From an uncultured Chitinophagaceae bacterium (GTDB lineage Bacteria > Bacteroidota > Bacteroidia > Chitinophagales > Chitinophagaceae), in assembly GCA_963798665.1 (NCBI GenBank), contig CAWCUN010000019.1, positions 59,324 through 123,323 on the forward strand: a stretch of DNA of 64,000 nucleotides, written 5' to 3'. Of the stretch, positions 59,969 through 64,000 are shown piece by piece (the first letter of the stretch is position 1; every line of letters begins with the position of its first letter). The position numbers and the translations under genes were made by a program. The notes beneath the pieces are model-generated. The model had not been told where the DNA came from and ran no database searches. It saw nothing but the letters and a program-made list of their open reading frames with translations.

Positions 59969-62389
59969 TCATTCCGTTCTTAAACTTCTTACCGGGCTAT
60001 TGATTGCGACCTTAAAACATTGGGCCGTTATCAAAACAAAAGCAGCGATAAAAATAAAAGCAGCCACCATGAAATAAGGAACAGCATTTTGCTGTATCCT
60101 GTACGCATAGTTTTCCAACCACCTGTTAGTGATTACATAAGCAATTGGCCACCCAATGATATTTGATACCAGTATTAACCAAACATAATCTTTTATGAAC
60201 AACGATAAAATATTTCTTACATCGGCACCGAGCACCTTGCGCACTGCAATTTCCTTATTTCTCCTAGTGAGTGTGAAGGCGATTACGCCGAAAATTCCGA
60301 GGAACACAATAATTAAATTTAGCCCTGTAGCTATGTCTGCAGCTTTCTTCAATTGCTTTTCAGATGAATAAAGAGACTGAAATCTTTGATCCATGAAAAT
60401 GTATTCGAACGGAGCATTTGGTAAGAGCGCCTTCCATTTTTTCCTGATGTCATCAACCGCTTTCGGAAAATTGGTCGTGCTTAATTTCAGGTTCATGTAA
60501 CGGTACGAAAGTGCGTCCTGTGTATTGATGATAACGACAGGTTCTATTTGTTGCTGAAGGCTTGAATAATTATAGTCTTTAATAATACCCGCAATCGTCA
60601 ACGGCGGGTTTCCCCCGGGCTGAATCACCTGCCTGCCAACGGCTGCCCCAGGATCCGCAAAGCCTAATGTTTTTGCAGCAGACTCGTTCACTACAACCTG
60701 GTTCGGAATAAATGCACCTGACTGGTTGAAGCAAATACCTGCCACCATCTTTAAACCAAATGTTTTTGCATAATCATGGTCAGCAGAAAAGGCAGAGATC
60801 ATAACAGGATTATTTTTTTCTGCCTGCGGAAATAATGCCATGCTGCCAGGAGGTTTACGATCGGGTATTTCAAATGATAATGACGCATCCTTTACACCAG
60901 GCATTTGCAACAGTTGTTGTTTTATCATTTTCATCCGCTCCACGCCCACGGAATCCCATTGTTTAGGATAAGTGCTTACAACCAGCAACTGCTCCTTATT
61001 ATACCCAAGATCTTTATTGTATATAAAAGACATCTGCTTTGAAATATTTAGTGCGCTGATAAAAACAACAATCGCCAAAGTAAACTGGATAGTCAATAAA
61101 CTTTTACGAAGCAACAGACCCCCCTTTGCCGAATCAATTTTTCCTTTTATCGAATTAATTGTATCGGATGCGCTAAGTACAAATGCAGGATAGATGCCGG
61201 CCACAAGGCCGATCATAACGATAAGGCTAACAAATAACAATATTTGTTTCAAACCAAATTCCCACAACGGAGAAAGGCTGGTATTCAAAATTTCAGAGAA
61301 GGTACCCCTGAGCAATTCATAAAATAGCAATGAAATGAAACCCGCAATACAGGTAAGTATCAGTACCTCCGAAATAAACTGAGTGATCAGTTGGGTTCTT
61401 AAACCTCCAAATACTTTCCTCAATCCAATTTCTTTCAAACGATATGATGATGTTCCGATGTTGATATTGACAAAATTGATGATCGCCATCAATAAAATAA
61501 AGAATGCGATAAACGAAAGCGCTATTATCATCTCTTGCACTGCACCGTTATTAGTTTTCAGATAATAATTTTTTACCGGCGCCAACTGTACCGTTAGATT
61601 GCTGCGAATATTTTCCGAGGCATATTTTGCAAGAATTTGTTGAAAAGGCTTTACCATTTGAGCGGGAGACACGCCGGGTTTCAGTTCTACCATTCCTATT
61701 TCATATGCGCTGTTCCATCCTTCTGCCGGGTCGGCATTGGCGGCATTTGAATAAAACCTGCTCCCGACCGTGGGGACAAAAACATTGTAATCAATATTGA
61801 TCAGGCCGGTAACAGAATTTTTAGGAATATCCTTTAAAACCGCACTTACAGTGTACTGTTGCGTTTCTCCGTTAACGGTAGTTTCCATGCTGAATGCTTT
61901 TCCAACAGCATCTTTTATACCGAACAGTTTTTGCGCAACACTCTCTGTGATTACTGCTGAACTAAGATTGGTGAATGCTTTTTGTTTATTACCGTATAAC
62001 ACCGGAAAGCCATACATGGAGACCAATGTCGTGTCGCCAATGGCAATATTTTCTTTAAAATGATTATTTGCAACCGATAAAACAGTTGCAACAGGATTAT
62101 AGCGATAATAATTTTCAACGAGGCTAGGATATTCTTCTTTCGCAGTCTTCGCCAGCGGCCCAATGGTAGTAAAATCCAGGCCCATGTCTTTTACTTTCCA
62201 CTCACTTTTAATAATGTATTGATTGCCCAGGTCACTGATGTTGCTATTTACACTTTCCTCATTCAGAATGTACATACCAATTATAATTGAGAATGTAATC
62301 CCGATTGAAAGACAAAAGATATTTATCAATGAAAATAGCTTGTGTCCTGCAAGATGCCTGGTGGTTATTTTGAAATAATTTTTAAACAT
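59969..62389 (-). CDS. FtsX/MacB-family ABC transporter permease (array copy 3)
   Basis: MFKNYFKIT, AIINFVNINIGTSSYRLKEIGLRK, RNKEIAVRKVLGAD, NSPVRSLRTE. Confidence 0.92.
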   Translation of the reverse strand: MFKNYFKITTRHLAGHKLFSLINIFCLSIGITFSIIIGMYILNEESVNSNISDLGNQYIIKSEWKVKDMGLDFTTIGPLAKTAKEEYPSLVENYYRYNPVATVLSVANNHFKENIAIGDTTLVSMYGFPVLYGNKQKAFTNLSSAVITESVAQKLFGIKDAVGKAFSMETTVNGETQQYTVSAVLKDIPKNSVTGLINIDYNVFVPTVGSRFYSNAANADPAEGWNSAYEIGMVELKPGVSPAQMVKPFQQILAKYASENIRSNLTVQLAPVKNYYLKTNNGAVQEMIIALSFIAFFILLMAIINFVNINIGTSSYRLKEIGLRKVFGGLRTQLITQFISEVLILTCIAGFISLLFYELLRGTFSEILNTSLSPLWEFGLKQILLFVSLIVMIGLVAGIYPAFVLSASDTINSIKGKIDSAKGGLLLRKSLLTIQFTLAIVVFISALNISKQMSFIYNKDLGYNKEQLLVVSTYPKQWDSVGVERMKMIKQQLLQMPGVKDASLSFEIPDRKPPGSMALFPQAEKNNPVMISAFSADHDYAKTFGLKMVAGICFNQSGAFIPNQVVVNESAAKTLGFADPGAAVGRQVIQPGGNPPLTIAGIIKDYNYSSLQQQIEPVVIINTQDALSYRYMNLKLSTTNFPKAVDDIRKKWKALLPNAPFEYIFMDQRFQSLYSSEKQLKKAADIATGLNLIIVFLGIFGVIAFTLTRRNKEIAVRKVLGADVRNILSLFIKDYVWLILVSNIIGWPIAYVITNRWLENYAYRIQQNAVPYFMVAAFIFIAAFVLITAQCFKVAINSPVRSLRTE

Positions 62390-62424
62390 GAAATTTGTTT
62401 TAAACTAATTACGATAATTAATTT

Positions 62425-64000
62425 CTATTCCGTTCTCAAACTCTTCACCGGGTTTGCCACTGCTGCTTTTATTGCCTGGAAACTTACCGTTATCAATGCA
62501 ATTCCAAATGTTATTAATATGCCTAAACCAAAAATCCACCAGCTCAATGATGTTTTGTAAGCGAAGTTTTGCAGCCACTTATTCATAGCCCAGTAAGCCA
62601 GCGGCGTGGCAATTACATTCGCTATAATTACCAACTTCAAAAAATCTTTACTAATAAATTGCACAACGCTGCCAACACTTGCACCGAGCACTTTTCTGAT
62701 GCCGATTTCTTTAGTCTTTACCTGCGCCGTATAAGTGGCTAATCCAAACAAACCAAGACATGAAATAAAAATAGCTATCGCTGCAAAAGTTGTAAACAGA
62801 GTGCCTGTACGCTGTTGCGATTGATAATGCGATTCGAAAGTCTTATCAAGAAAATCGTAAGAGAAAGGTGCGTTGTTTGCATATTTTTTATACTGTGATT
62901 CTACGGCTTTGATGGCTGCCTGTGCGCCTGCACCTGTTGTGCGTACGTATAAAATGTTTTTCAATCCAGACGTTCTTATTATCAAAGGCGCAACAGGATC
63001 TTTCAGTGATTTGAAATTAAAATCTTTTACTACACCTAATATTTCTCCATCAGCATTCCCGTAGCCAATTTTTGTTCCGACGTAAGGAGGTTTTAAACCC
63101 ATAGCTTTCACAGCAGTTTCATTCAAAATATATTTATTATCGTCAGAAGGCGTTCCCGTAAAATTTGTTCCTGCAATAAACTGGTACTTCATCGTAGGTA
63201 TGAAGTTTTTATCTGCTTGTACACGCCAAAGCATAAACGGAACATTATCTTTTTTTCCATCCCAAATAATATCTCCTGAAATCTCTGTTACATTTGTAAT
63301 GTCTCTTGTGCCGCTAAATGAAACATTTAATATGCCCTTTTGCAATAGCAATTCATTTTCTATTGCATCAGCATTTTTTGTTGCTTCTTCGGGGAATGAA
63401 ACAGTAAAAACATAATTCTTATCATAACCCAAATCTTTATTGCTTATATATTCCATTTGTTTTCCCATTACAATTGTGCCGACTAACAATATGAACGAGA
63501 TTACAAATTGAAGAACGACTAATGATTTTCTGAATGAAGACGTTTTAATACCCAAAAAACTTTTATCACGCACGGCGCCTAAAGGATTGAACGATGATAA
63601 TAACATTGCAGGATAAATGCCCGAAATAAGTATTGTTCCTAACAGTGTGAAAAACCAAATTTCTAACATGGAAAAGTTGGACAGAGAAAGAATTAATTGT
63701 TCGCCTGTAATTCTATCATACAATGGCTTCAATAAAACAATTAAAGCAATTGCGATGATAATAGCAAACATGAATGTCAATACTGTCTCGGTGATGAATT
63801 GCAAAAACAATTGCCTTCTTTTTGCGCCAATGATTTTTTTTATACTTATCTCTTTAATTCTTGTAAGCGCCCGGGCGGTAGAAAGGTTTACATAATTAAT
63901 GCTTGCAATAATCAATATTAATATTGCAACAAGAGCCATTATTCTTACCGTTTGCAATGCGGAATTATCGCCGTCAATTCCTGTAAGATGAAGGTCTCCT
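62425..64000 (-). CDS. FtsX/MacB-family ABC transporter permease (array copy 4; 5' part beyond the window)
   Basis: The frame stays open past the track's TTG at 63957 to the edge (GDLHLTGIDGDNSALQTVR). IASINYVNLSTAR, KTKEIGIRKVLGAS, ANPVKSLRTE. Confidence 0.9.
   Translation of the reverse strand, partial: GDLHLTGIDGDNSALQTVRIMALVAILILIIASINYVNLSTARALTRIKEISIKKIIGAKRRQLFLQFITETVLTFMFAIIIAIALIVLLKPLYDRITGEQLILSLSNFSMLEIWFFTLLGTILISGIYPAMLLSSFNPLGAVRDKSFLGIKTSSFRKSLVVLQFVISFILLVGTIVMGKQMEYISNKDLGYDKNYVFTVSFPEEATKNADAIENELLLQKGILNVSFSGTRDITNVTEISGDIIWDGKKDNVPFMLWRVQADKNFIPTMKYQFIAGTNFTGTPSDDNKYILNETAVKAMGLKPPYVGTKIGYGNADGEILGVVKDFNFKSLKDPVAPLIIRTSGLKNILYVRTTGAGAQAAIKAVESQYKKYANNAPFSYDFLDKTFESHYQSQQRTGTLFTTFAAIAIFISCLGLFGLATYTAQVKTKEIGIRKVLGASVGSVVQFISKDFLKLVIIANVIATPLAYWAMNKWLQNFAYKTSLSWWIFGLGILITFGIALITVSFQAIKAAVANPVKSLRTE

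Overview
AT-rich chromosomal segment of a Bacteroidota bacterium, probably Chitinophagaceae. This is inferred from a PorD-like gene, a T9SS C-terminal sorting domain, TAnnTTTG promoter boxes and the protein families; no database search was possible. Most of the window is core genome: thrS-infC, ung, scoAB, coaBC, rpoZ, bamD, recJ, htpG, guaA, rpsA, tRNA-Arg(TCT), three OmpA-family genes and the four-gene exonuclease/ligase/Lhr/phosphoesterase repair cluster. The most interesting element is at 14.7-18.8 kb. A 123-aa unannotated soluble protein, a stand-alone 7-TM protein, a sensor-less single-TM histidine kinase and a NarL-type regulator form one unit, transcribed divergently from a second NarL paralogue. 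Both divergent promoters carry a TAGTAAwwwTACTA-type palindrome 3 nt downstream of a TACATTT(G/A) box. A weaker copy lies upstream of a third, orphan NarL paralogue at 1.5-2.1 kb. Together these suggest an autoregulated split-receptor signalling circuit, possibly peptide-sensing or quorum-like (inference). Other notable parts are a shattered PKD/polysaccharide-lyase-like/PA14/T9SS gene, an in-frame TAG in a major OmpA gene, and a tandem array of at least 4 FtsX/MacB-type permeases with nucleotide-homogenised 3' ends. The frameshifts in recJ, the methyltransferase and the ligase are all +1 insertions and look like long-read errors. I saw no CRISPR array, transposase, integrase or rRNA.
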